DNA of 41,147 nucleotides from a virus: positions 1 to 41,147 of IMG/VR virus record IMGVR_UViG_3300029479_000009, one strand, 5' to 3'. A model generated the notes under the pieces. That model was given only the letters and a program-made list of their open reading frames with translations, did no database searches and was not told the DNA's origin. Made by a program: the position numbers and the translations under genes. Within the stretch, counting starts at the first letter, position 1; each line of letters begins with the position of its first letter. Shown here in pieces: positions 33,553 through 40,331 of the stretch.

Positions 33553-34356
33553 ATGAACCTCTTGACTTTTCTCTTCCGTCTCTTCGCCGCTCTTGCTCAC
33601 GCAAAGGAAGCGGCAGACAACTCCACCGCAGAGCCTGCCCCCGTGTCCACTGTGGACACCCAGAGCGCCGCTCCTCCCGGCTGGGGCGGGCCGCTGCCTT
33701 ACCGATACATCGACGTGAGCCGGTATCAGGGCAAAGTCACCCTCGACGGCTGGCGCAAAATTAAGGCGGCTGGCTACAAAGGCGTCATGCTCAAGACGGT
33801 CTCCACGAATTCGAAGATGAGTAAGCGGGCAGACGGACTGTACATCGACCCGACCTTTGAGCGCAACTACGCGGGCGCCCGGGCCGCTGGGCTGGACGTG
33901 GGCGTCTACTACTACACCTACGCCACCAGCGAAGCGATGGCGGATGCAGAGCTGGCCCTTGTGCGGGAAGCGGTGCGGGGCAAAGAGCTCACCATGCCCG
34001 TGTGCGTGGACGTGGAGGAAAACAAGCTCAAAAAGCTCTCCACGCTTGACCTCACCAACGTGGTGGCGTATGCGCTGGAAAAGGTGGAAGCTATGGGCTT
34101 TTATGCCCAGCTGTACACCTACACGGGCTACAGCTATGAGTTGGACATGCAGCGCCTGGCAGGCCGCTGGGACGTCTGGCTCGCCGACTACACGGGCGAA
34201 ACGCCCAAGGTGGATTACATCTACCACGCCCACCAGCACACCAGCAAGGGCCGCGTGCCGGGCATCTCCGGCAACGTTGACCTCAACGTGACAGAGATCA
34301 ACTACCCCAAAATCATCCGCAAGAAGGGCCTGACCCGTCTTCGGGAGGGCGCATGA
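33553..34356 (+). CDS. GH25 muramidase endolysin with an N-terminal signal-like extension
   Basis: YIDVSRYQG...VYYYTYA...CVDVEE...SGNVDLN GH25 motifs; N-terminus MNLLTFLFRLFAALAHAKEA. Confidence 0.8.
   Translation: MNLLTFLFRLFAALAHAKEAADNSTAEPAPVSTVDTQSAAPPGWGGPLPYRYIDVSRYQGKVTLDGWRKIKAAGYKGVMLKTVSTNSKMSKRADGLYIDPTFERNYAGARAAGLDVGVYYYTYATSEAMADAELALVREAVRGKELTMPVCVDVEENKLKKLSTLDLTNVVAYALEKVEAMGFYAQLYTYTGYSYELDMQRLAGRWDVWLADYTGETPKVDYIYHAHQHTSKGRVPGISGNVDLNVTEINYPKIIRKKGLTRLREGA
33643..33659. repeat. Dispersed palindrome copy 5: GTGTCCAC-T-GTGGACAC, inside the endolysin N-terminal linker
   Basis: Perfect copy; encodes VSTVDT in frame. Confidence 0.9.
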
Positions 34357-34610
34357 GCGAAGCAATCATCGTAGCCATTATCACCGGCGGTCTGAGCCTG
34401 ATCGGCGTGGTCGTCTCTAACAACCACACCGCCCAGAGCATGGATGCAAAACTGGACAAGCAGCAGGCTGTGACCGAAACCAAGCTGGAAGAGCTGACCC
34501 GGGAAGTCCGGACACACAACAATTTCGCCCAGCGCATCCCGGTGCTTGAAGAGCAGATGAAAGAGGCAAGCCACCGCATTGCAGACCTTGAAAAAGAGAG
34601 AAGAGAGTAA
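34353..34610 (+). CDS. Holin-like membrane protein (one N-terminal TM segment plus a coiled coil)
   Basis: ATGA overlap with the endolysin; AIIVAIITGGLSLIGVVV TM segment followed by a charged helix. Confidence 0.5.
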   Translation: MSEAIIVAIITGGLSLIGVVVSNNHTAQSMDAKLDKQQAVTETKLEELTREVRTHNNFAQRIPVLEEQMKEASHRIADLEKERRE

Positions 34611-34613
34611 TAC

Positions 34614-34952
34614 ATGACAACAATCAATAACCTTTTAACCGCACTTCCTGCCCCTGTGGCCCTCGCGCTCATGCTGGGCGGCTTTATCTTCTACGCCCTG
34701 GGCTGCATCCGGCTGGGCTATGGTGCGGCGGTCAAGCCCACCGTGCTCCAGCTCATCGAGCAAGCAGAAAAGGATATCCAGGGCACCAAAAAAGGCGCGG
34801 AGCGCAAAGCCTGGGTGGCTCAGATGCTCCGCGCGGCCCTGGCCACAAGCAAGTACGGAAAATTCATCTCGTGGGCCATCACCGATGAGACCATCGGGGT
34901 GGTGATTCAATTTTTCTTTGATCGCATGAAAGCGGCGCTGCAAAAACAGTAA
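34614..34952 (+). CDS. Holin (LL-H-like)
   Basis: TM segment PAPVALALMLGGFIFYALG, then ...GTKKGAERKAWVAQML..., typical of the LL-H holin family. Confidence 0.55.
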   Translation: MTTINNLLTALPAPVALALMLGGFIFYALGCIRLGYGAAVKPTVLQLIEQAEKDIQGTKKGAERKAWVAQMLRAALATSKYGKFISWAITDETIGVVIQFFFDRMKAALQKQ

Positions 34953-34962
34953 GGAGGATATC

Positions 34963-35223
34963 ATGGCAAGCACTACATACGAACCGATTAACCCGTGGAG
35001 ATGCTCAAAACGTATTATCCAGACAAATTCTGACCGCGCCGGAACAGACGTTTGTACAGGTCACCATATCGACAATGTCAACAAACTGGTGACGTTTTGT
35101 CACCAGTTTACCAGCATTGGCACTATGGTGCGCAACGCCGGAGAGTTGCCGCAGCCTTTCTGGCTCGGTGCTGCCTGTGGCGGCGGCTCGTGTAGTGCTG
35201 CCACTGTGCCTGCAAGGACTTGA
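34963..35223 (+). CDS. Hypothetical ORF with a strong RBS, overlapping the next ORF out of frame (unresolved)
   Basis: AAGGAGGA 4 nt before the ATG; the product has no recognisable features; 107-nt out-of-frame overlap with 35117..35401. Confidence 0.3.
   Translation: MASTTYEPINPWRCSKRIIQTNSDRAGTDVCTGHHIDNVNKLVTFCHQFTSIGTMVRNAGELPQPFWLGAACGGGSCSAATVPART
35083..35109. repeat. Perfect 11-bp inverted repeat AAACTGGTGAC-gtttt-GTCACCAGTTT
   Basis: Read directly; no U-tract after it. Confidence 0.8.
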
Positions 35224-35401
35224 CCGACAGCAGATGACCGCCGCCATCAAAAGCGCACCGCTTGGGAGGGTAGACCGTAAGATAGCCTTACTGCGGTACG
35301 TTGAGCGGCTTCCGCAGGCCGACATTGCAGCACGCACCCACTACTCCCGGCAGGCGGTGAGCTATCGCCTGCAAAGCATTGATAAAATGCTGGATATGTG
35401 A
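35117..35401 (+). CDS. Sigma-70 region-4-like HTH protein (start uncertain)
   Basis: LPVAAARVVLPLCLQGL...GRVDRKIALLRYVERLPQADIAARTHYSRQAVSYRLQSIDKML; TTG start without a clear RBS. Confidence 0.4.
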   Translation: MALWCATPESCRSLSGSVLPVAAARVVLPLCLQGLDRQQMTAAIKSAPLGRVDRKIALLRYVERLPQADIAARTHYSRQAVSYRLQSIDKMLDM

Positions 35402-35439
35402 TATACTATTTGCACACCTCCCTGTGAGGTGTCTTTCAC

Positions 35440-35485
35440 AAAAAATCCCCCGGGTGGTGTTCGCGCATCACTCGGGGGATTTTTT
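35440..35485. terminator. Bidirectional terminator (shared hairpin block, copy 1)
   Basis: AAAAAATCCCCCGGGTGGTG...CATCACTCGGGGGATTTTTT: a long stem flanked by A- and T-runs. Confidence 0.8.
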
Positions 35486-35487
35486 AT

Positions 35488-35796
35488 TTACTCCATGTCC
35501 TCCAGCACTTTGAGGTACTTGGGATAGAGCTCATCAATGATAACCTGCTTTTCCATGTCGTCCAACTCGCCGTTCATGAGGGCATCACTCTGGCTCTGAT
35601 CGTCGAGAACCAGCTTGGTGGTGATGGTCTCTTCAGCATCGTCGCAGCACCGGACAAGATCACCGTCCTCGGTGATGTGTGCGTAGATCGTCCAGATCTG
35701 GCAATCACGGCTTGCGGATTCAAAATCCTCATATTCAATCTCGGTACCGTTCTCCATGACCTTGGTTGCGAACTCTTCGGCAGTCAGCTTTTTCAT
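35488..35796 (-). CDS. Acidic small protein (102 aa), cassette 1
   Basis: Start at MKKLTAEEF... with a GGAGG RBS (the track start at 35835 lies in the duplicated leader). Rich in D/E: ...EIEYEDFES...DDAEE...DDQSQSD...LEDME. Confidence 0.6.
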   Translation of the reverse strand: MKKLTAEEFATKVMENGTEIEYEDFESASRDCQIWTIYAHITEDGDLVRCCDDAEETITTKLVLDDQSQSDALMNGELDDMEKQVIIDELYPKYLKVLEDME

Positions 35797-35842
35797 TTTA
35801 GTTACCTCCAGTTGATTGTGTGTGGTGTCTTTCACTGTCTAT

Positions 35843-35903
35843 ATTATACGCTCATTGAGCGTATTTATCAAGGCTTTTTGCAAGGTTCTATGCTCATTGA
35901 GCA
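35843..35903 (-). promoter_or_regulatory. Promoter P1 (TTGATA-17-TATAAT) with two GCTCA-T-TGAGC palindromes
   Basis: Minus-strand -10 at 35843-48 and -35 at 35866-71. Palindrome ACGCTCATTGAGCGT at 35848-62 fills the spacer; TGCTCATTGAGCA lies at 35891-903. Confidence 0.7.
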
Positions 35904-35904
35904 C

Positions 35905-35949
35905 AAAAAATCTCTGGCAGCCTTGTACCAGACCGCCAGAGATTTTTTT
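35905..35949. terminator. Bidirectional terminator after the HTH gene
   Basis: AAAAAATCTCTGGC...GCCAGAGATTTTTTT. Confidence 0.7.
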
Positions 35950-35990
35950 CTCAGCTCGTTAATGGCGTTTTTATCTCATCCTGCCACCCA

Positions 35991-36314
35991 TTACAGAAGT
36001 CCATAGTGCTCTGCCAGCAAAAAGCGGATGTATACAGGGCACTCTCTTGTCTCACCGCACCAGCCTTGCAGTGTACGATAAGGAACCCCGGCCATCTTGG
36101 CAAAGGCCGTCTGCGTGAGGCCTGTCTCTTCCACCATCTCTTTAAAAGACATGTGGGCGATTTTCCAAATATTTTCAAGCTTAGTCTTTTGGGCATCCAG
36201 ATCAACGCACCCGGGGGCATCGTCCTCCACGCTGAGGGTGACGTTGTTCAAAAAGATTTCTTTAACGGCCTTTGGGTCAGATGCCATGACGAAAAGTTCA
36301 GCTGCATTATACAT
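35991..36314 (-). CDS. HTH protein (107 aa) with a C-terminal MqsA/YgiT-like HTH
   Basis: AAGGAG RBS; ...TGLTQTAFAKMAGVPYRTLQGWCGETRECPVYIRFLL... Confidence 0.6.
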   Translation of the reverse strand: MYNAAELFVMASDPKAVKEIFLNNVTLSVEDDAPGCVDLDAQKTKLENIWKIAHMSFKEMVEETGLTQTAFAKMAGVPYRTLQGWCGETRECPVYIRFLLAEHYGLL

Positions 36315-36339
36315 TGCAATTCTCCTTTTTTGATTGATA

Positions 36340-36380
36340 AATTCCCCGGGTGGTGTTCGCGCATCACTCGGGGATTTTTT
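36340..36380. terminator. Shared hairpin block, copy 2 (no U-tract on the minus strand, so probably leaky)
   Basis: Same stem sequence as 35447-35478. On the transcribed (minus) strand it is followed by AATTTATC rather than a U-run. Confidence 0.5.
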
Positions 36381-36382
36381 AT

Positions 36383-36556
36383 TTACTGCTCGTTCTTTTC
36401 AAACATTTTGAAATATTTCTCGTACTCTTCCCACTCTTCGGGGTCTGCCGGGTCATCACAAGCCGGGCTGCAATACTCTGCAATCCACTCTTCCTTGTCG
36501 GTGCTTCTCCAACCGCCATCGAACATCGCTGCTGCACTGCTGTAATAATCTTTCAT
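36383..36556 (-). CDS. Acidic small protein (57 aa), cassette 2
   Basis: Start at MKDYYSSAAAMF... with the same GGAGG leader as cassette 1; ...CDDPADPEEWEEYEKYFKMFEKNEQ. Confidence 0.55.
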   Translation of the reverse strand: MKDYYSSAAAMFDGGWRSTDKEEWIAEYCSPACDDPADPEEWEEYEKYFKMFEKNEQ

Positions 36557-36602
36557 CTTAGTTACCTCCAGTTGATTGTGTGTGGTGTCTTTCACTGTCT
36601 AT

Positions 36603-36663
36603 ATTATACGCTCATTGAGCGTATTTGTCAAGGTTTTTCGCGAATTTTTATGCTCATTGAGCA
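36603..36663 (-). promoter_or_regulatory. Promoter P2 (TTGACA-17-TATAAT) with two GCTCA-T-TGAGC palindromes; duplicate of P1
   Basis: -10 at 36603-08 and -35 at 36626-31; palindromes at 36608-22 and 36651-63; about 82 bp nearly identical to 35791-35872. Confidence 0.7.
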
Positions 36664-36727
36664 CCTTTACTGCCGCCAGTCGGTTTCGGCCCGGCTGGAC
36701 GGCATTGCTAAAGTTTTTGAGTAAAGC

Positions 36728-36764
36728 AACCCCCGGTGTTCCGTTTGGAACATCGGGGGTTTTA
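36728..36764. terminator. Bidirectional terminator
   Basis: aaCCCCCGGTGTTCC-gttt-GGAACATCGGGGGtttt, a 13-bp stem with one mismatch. Confidence 0.7.
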
Positions 36765-36768
36765 TTGT

Positions 36769-36957
36769 TTATGCGCAAAATTCTTTCTGCATTGCTGCGC
36801 CCATTGCCTGCATGAGGATTGGATTTTGCTTTAAGGTGTCGTTCAGCACCTTCATAACGACCGCCTGCTTTTCTTCTTTGGAGAGGTTCTCGAACTCATC
36901 ACCAAACATCTTTTTGCAAACCAGAAGTGCGCCCTTCAGAAAGTCCATCGTTTCCAT
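36769..36957 (-). CDS. Small hypothetical protein (62 aa; alternative start at 36972)
   Basis: GGAGGAA 6 nt before the ATG of METMDFLKGALLVCKKMFGDEFENLSKEEK... Confidence 0.5.
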   Translation of the reverse strand: METMDFLKGALLVCKKMFGDEFENLSKEEKQAVVMKVLNDTLKQNPILMQAMGAAMQKEFCA

Positions 36958-36998
36958 TTTTATTTCCTCCATCGTTTTATTTCCCTTGCTGTGATTAT

Positions 36999-37104
36999 AG
37001 TATAGCACTATTTACAGTGTATGTAAATTGACATTTTCGACAATGTTTATAGTGCCATCTTGTACAGTTTTGACATTGTAAACAGTGCTGTTTTTTGCTA
37101 TACT
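36999..37104. promoter_or_regulatory. Divergent promoter pair with inverted repeats
   Basis: Minus strand: TTTACA-17-TATACT (37022-27 / 36999-37004). Plus strand: TTGTAA-17-TATACT (37076-81 / 37099-104). Also a TTTACA-N5-TGTAAA palindrome at 37011-27 and repeated TTGACATT. Confidence 0.55.
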
Positions 37105-37131
37105 AAGGCAAATGAAACGGGAGGTATTTTT

Positions 37132-37317
37132 ATGATTTCAGAAAAGAAAAAGGCATCCAATGCCAAATGGGACAAGGAAAACATGACAAGCTTAGCCTGC
37201 CGCGTAAAAAAGGACTACGCGGAAAAGTTTAAGGCAGCGTGCGCAGAGGCTGGCACAACTCCGAATGCGGTATTAAAGCAGGCAGTCGAAGAGTTTTTGC
37301 AGGCGCATACAAAATAA
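37132..37317 (+). CDS. Ribbon-helix-helix (CopG/Arc-like) small regulator (61 aa)
   Basis: GGGAGG RBS; KASNAKWDKENMTSLACRVKKDYAEKFKAACAEAGTTPNAVLKQAVEEFL fits the RHH beta-alpha-alpha pattern. Confidence 0.55.
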   Translation: MISEKKKASNAKWDKENMTSLACRVKKDYAEKFKAACAEAGTTPNAVLKQAVEEFLQAHTK

Positions 37318-37448
37318 CAGCTCAAACCCAAGCGCTCATGCGGCTTTGTGCCGTGTGGGCGCTTTTTTATTTTTGGCACTCGTTTGGCATTCGTTGTCCT
37401 TCGCTTTTTGCCAATGCGGTACACTAGATGCACAAGGAGGGATGTTTT

Positions 37449-37967
37449 ATGAGCTATTATCCGGCACCCGGAGCGCCCTACGTTCCGCAGCAGCCTGTCA
37501 ATCCTTACGGCGGTATGGGCACGGTAGGACTTGCCACTTCCCTGCCAAACACACAGATGCAGCAGGCACAGCAGCAGCGTCCGCAGCCGATGAATGGGCA
37601 GCAGCCTGTTCAGCAGTCGGCGCAGGACGGCGGCTGGCTGCTGGGCAGACCTGTTTCCAGCAGAGAAGAATTTTTGGCAATACCGTCTGACCTGTACGGC
37701 AGATGGACGTATTGCCCGGATTTGCGTAGTGGTGTCATCTACTGCAAACGTCTGAATCCAAACACTTGTGAATCTGACGTGTTAGAGTTTTACAGCCCGG
37801 AAGCATGGCGGCAGATACAAGCACAACAGGCACAGCAGACCGCTGCACCGACACAGCAGTATGTGCCTGTTGAAGAGTATAACGCCCTCGTCCACAGGCT
37901 GGATGAACTGGAAAAGTGGCAGAAAAGCTTTTCTAAGCCCACTGCCGCAGCGAAGAAAGGAGAATAA
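37449..37967 (+). CDS. P/Q-rich protein of unknown function (172 aa)
   Basis: AAGGAGGG RBS; N-terminus YYPAPGAPYVPQQPVNPYGG...QQAQQQRPQPMNGQQPVQQ, then a Cys-containing core and a Q-rich coiled tail. Confidence 0.55.
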   Translation: MSYYPAPGAPYVPQQPVNPYGGMGTVGLATSLPNTQMQQAQQQRPQPMNGQQPVQQSAQDGGWLLGRPVSSREEFLAIPSDLYGRWTYCPDLRSGVIYCKRLNPNTCESDVLEFYSPEAWRQIQAQQAQQTAAPTQQYVPVEEYNALVHRLDELEKWQKSFSKPTAAAKKGE

Positions 37968-37970
37968 GCA

Positions 37971-38222
37971 ATGTCCTCTCCGTTTGATATGATTACTCAC
38001 AGCCCTATCATGCAGCTTGCAAATCTGGCTCGTGCCGGACAGAACCCGATGGGGCTTATCCAGCAGCTAAGCGGGCAAAATGCCCCCATCATGCAGGGCT
38101 TGAACCTGATTCAGGGCAAGAACGAAATGCAGCTCAGGACGATGGCACAGAACCTCGCCAAAGAGCGCGGCATCGACCTGAACCAGCTGGCAAGCGTCCT
38201 GAACCTGACGCTGCCCCGGTAA
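37971..38222 (+). CDS. Q/N/L-rich small protein (83 aa)
   Basis: Starts 4 nt after the upstream stop; internal repeat PIMQLANL...GQN / APIMQGLNL. Confidence 0.5.
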   Translation: MSSPFDMITHSPIMQLANLARAGQNPMGLIQQLSGQNAPIMQGLNLIQGKNEMQLRTMAQNLAKERGIDLNQLASVLNLTLPR

Positions 38223-38247
38223 AGCATCTCTCTAAGCGAAACGCTTC

Positions 38248-38333
38248 TCAGTTTTGCGGACTTGATAAAAACCGCTTTTATCTGGCTTCGCCCATCGCAC
38301 ACGGCGGTGGGATAGCATAACGCAAAACTGAGA
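38248..38333 (+). ncRNA. Structured intergenic leader (candidate cis-regulatory RNA)
   Basis: A 12-bp long-range helix, CTCAGTTTTGCG (38248-59) with CGCAAAACTGAG (38322-33), encloses the hairpin CCCATCGC/GCGGTGGG. The helix ends 2 nt before the RBS of 38347. Confidence 0.35.
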
Positions 38334-38346
38334 AAGGAGTTTTGTT

Positions 38347-39219
38347 ATGGACGATTTTGCAACTGGCTATCTGGCTGGGCAGGACGGCGGCAATAACAGC
38401 GGCGGATTCTTCGGCAACGAAGGTCTGTGGGCGGTTATCATCCTCGCCATCATCTTCGGCTGGGGCACAAACGGCTACGGACGGAACGGTGGTGACAACG
38501 GCATGAACAGCTACATCCCCTATCTGGTGGGCACTGGTGCAACCGGTCAGGGCGGTGCAGACACCCGTGCGGCACTGTCTGAGGGCTTCTACCAGCAGGA
38601 CACCTCCCGTTCTCTGGCTGGCATCCAGAGCGGCATCTGCTCTCTGGGCTATGACCAGCTCGCACAGATGAACACTCTCAACGCTGCCGTTGCGGGCGGC
38701 TTTGCTGGTACTAATCAGGCGATCTGTCAGCTCGGCTACCAGAACGCACAGCTCGTGAACGGTCTGGAACGCAGTGTGTCCAACGGCGACAACGCCATCA
38801 GCCTTGCTATCATGCAGGAGGGCAACGCACGTCAGGCGGGTCAGACCGCTATCCAGACGCAGCTTGCATCTTGCTGCTGCGAGAACAAGCAGCTGATCGG
38901 CGACCTGAAGTATACCATTGCACAGCAAGACTGCGCTACCCGTCAGGCTATCGCAGACAACGCCCGTGCCATCGTGGACAACTGCAACGCCAGCTTCCGC
39001 AGCATGATGGACTACTTCACGCAGGATAAGATTGCCACTCTGACCGCTGAGAACCAGAGCCTGAAGTTCGCCGCTTCTCAGGATCGTCAGAATGCGCTTC
39101 TGACCACCGTGATGTCCCAGCAGACCGATACCATCCTGAACCGGGTCAATCCTCGTCCGATTCCCGCTTACCAGGTGGCAAACCCTAACGTGGGCGTGAA
39201 CTGCTGCTGCGGCTGCTAA
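38347..39219 (+). CDS. Single-pass membrane protein with a Gly/Asn-rich N-terminus, Q/A/N-rich helical repeats and Cys clusters (290 aa)
   Basis: TM segment LWAVIILAIIFGWG flanked by GGNNSGGFFGNEG and TNGYGRNGGDNG; repeat GICSLGYDQLAQ / AICQLGYQNAQ; SCCCENK and C-terminal NCCCGC. Confidence 0.6.
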   Translation: MDDFATGYLAGQDGGNNSGGFFGNEGLWAVIILAIIFGWGTNGYGRNGGDNGMNSYIPYLVGTGATGQGGADTRAALSEGFYQQDTSRSLAGIQSGICSLGYDQLAQMNTLNAAVAGGFAGTNQAICQLGYQNAQLVNGLERSVSNGDNAISLAIMQEGNARQAGQTAIQTQLASCCCENKQLIGDLKYTIAQQDCATRQAIADNARAIVDNCNASFRSMMDYFTQDKIATLTAENQSLKFAASQDRQNALLTTVMSQQTDTILNRVNPRPIPAYQVANPNVGVNCCCGC

Positions 39220-39254
39220 CCTACACACTCCCCGATAACACCGGGTGAACCATC

Positions 39255-39290
39255 GGGGCAGGGGTAAGACACCTCTGCCCCTGATTTTTT
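39255..39290 (+). terminator. Terminator whose 5' arm can alternatively pair upstream (attenuator-like)
   Basis: A 10-bp stem GGGGCAGGGG/CCTCTGCCCC followed by TGATTTTTT. The competing hairpin CCCCGAT (39230-36) / ATCGGGG (39252-58) shares GGGG 39255-58. Confidence 0.6.
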
Positions 39291-39304
39291 AGGAGGAAAA
39301 CACT

Positions 39305-39676
39305 ATGGCTTGCAAAACAAGCTGCAAACTCTGCCCGCACTTGGTCATCAGTCAGGCAGTCACGTTTGCCGACGATACCCTGACCATCAACATCCCTGCT
39401 GGCGCATACCAGAACGGAGAGAAGTATTGTATCGTGGTTGCTCAGAGCTTGCCGGACACGACCACCATCAACGCCCCTGTGGTTATTACCATAGGTGCAG
39501 GCGCGACCGCATACCCTCTGACCGACTGCAACTGCGCTCAGGCGACTGCCGAGAGCATCCACACCCGCACCCGCTACGCTACCCGTGTTGCAACGTCTGC
39601 AACCGGCACCGGCACGTTCAAGTATCTTGGCTGCTTCTGCCGTTCCCACGCTGGCGCACCCGCGTCTATTTCTTGA
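39305..39676 (+). CDS. Cys-rich protein of unknown function (123 aa)
   Basis: AGGAGGAAAA RBS; MACKTSCKLCPH..., DCNCAQ, GCFC. Confidence 0.55.
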   Translation: MACKTSCKLCPHLVISQAVTFADDTLTINIPAGAYQNGEKYCIVVAQSLPDTTTINAPVVITIGAGATAYPLTDCNCAQATAESIHTRTRYATRVATSATGTGTFKYLGCFCRSHAGAPASIS

Positions 39677-39689
39677 GGAGGTGTAGATT

Positions 39690-40331
39690 ATGGGCAAGAC
39701 TAATTTTCGCCGCATGATGATGCTCCGTGACCACGAAAAGAGCAAAGAGCCTGAGCGTGATCGGCTGGAAGAAGAGCGCGAGCGCAGAGAGCGGGACATG
39801 GAGCGCCGCCTGCGCCGGGTGGAAGACCGGGAAGAGCCCCGGCGCTCCTGGCGCATCGAGGAAAATCGTTACATTGACCCGTATCCTATGCCGCGCTATC
39901 CCGACTCTGACGGGTATGATCGTCGGATGCCTCGCATCGGCTTTTCTCAGACGGGCAGCTGGGACGACACTTCCCGGCAGTATGAGCACGGGGGTGCATC
40001 TGGAAAGGCTGTAATGATGCCGCATCCGCATCTGACCCGTGACGAGGCAGAAGAGTGGTGCGATAGCATGAAAAATGCCGACGGCACCACCGGGCCCCAC
40101 TGGAGCTATGACCAGGCCACCCAGCTGATGACCCAGCGCAATCTCACCTGTAACCCCGTGGACTTCTGGGCCACTCTCTGCATGATGTACTCCGACTACT
40201 GCAAAGTGGCCCGCGCCTACAGCGCCGACAACCCCAATTTTTATGCTGATCTGGCGGCGGCGTTCCTGAACGATGAGGACGCCGTGGAAGATAAGCTTGT
40301 AAGGTACTGGGAGTGTATCCCGGACCGCTGA
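39690..40331 (+). CDS. Protein with an extreme Arg/Glu-rich N-terminus and a Trp/Cys-containing C-terminal domain (213 aa)
   Basis: GAGGAGGTG RBS; ERDRLEEERERRERDMERRLRRVEDREEPRR; C-terminal ...GPHWSYDQATQLM...VDFWATLCMMYSDYCKVARAY... Confidence 0.6.
   Translation: MGKTNFRRMMMLRDHEKSKEPERDRLEEERERRERDMERRLRRVEDREEPRRSWRIEENRYIDPYPMPRYPDSDGYDRRMPRIGFSQTGSWDDTSRQYEHGGASGKAVMMPHPHLTRDEAEEWCDSMKNADGTTGPHWSYDQATQLMTQRNLTCNPVDFWATLCMMYSDYCKVARAYSADNPNFYADLAAAFLNDEDAVEDKLVRYWECIPDR

Noticed and set aside
35797-35835. Track-predicted N-terminal extension MKDTTHNQLEVTK shared by ORFs 35488..35835 and 36383..36595
   Set aside because: The shared peptide is encoded by the duplicated 5' UTR. It has no RBS of its own, while the GGAGG RBS inside it precedes the downstream ATG at 35796 and 36556 at the correct spacing. 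The identity reflects leader duplication, not a conserved protein N-terminus.
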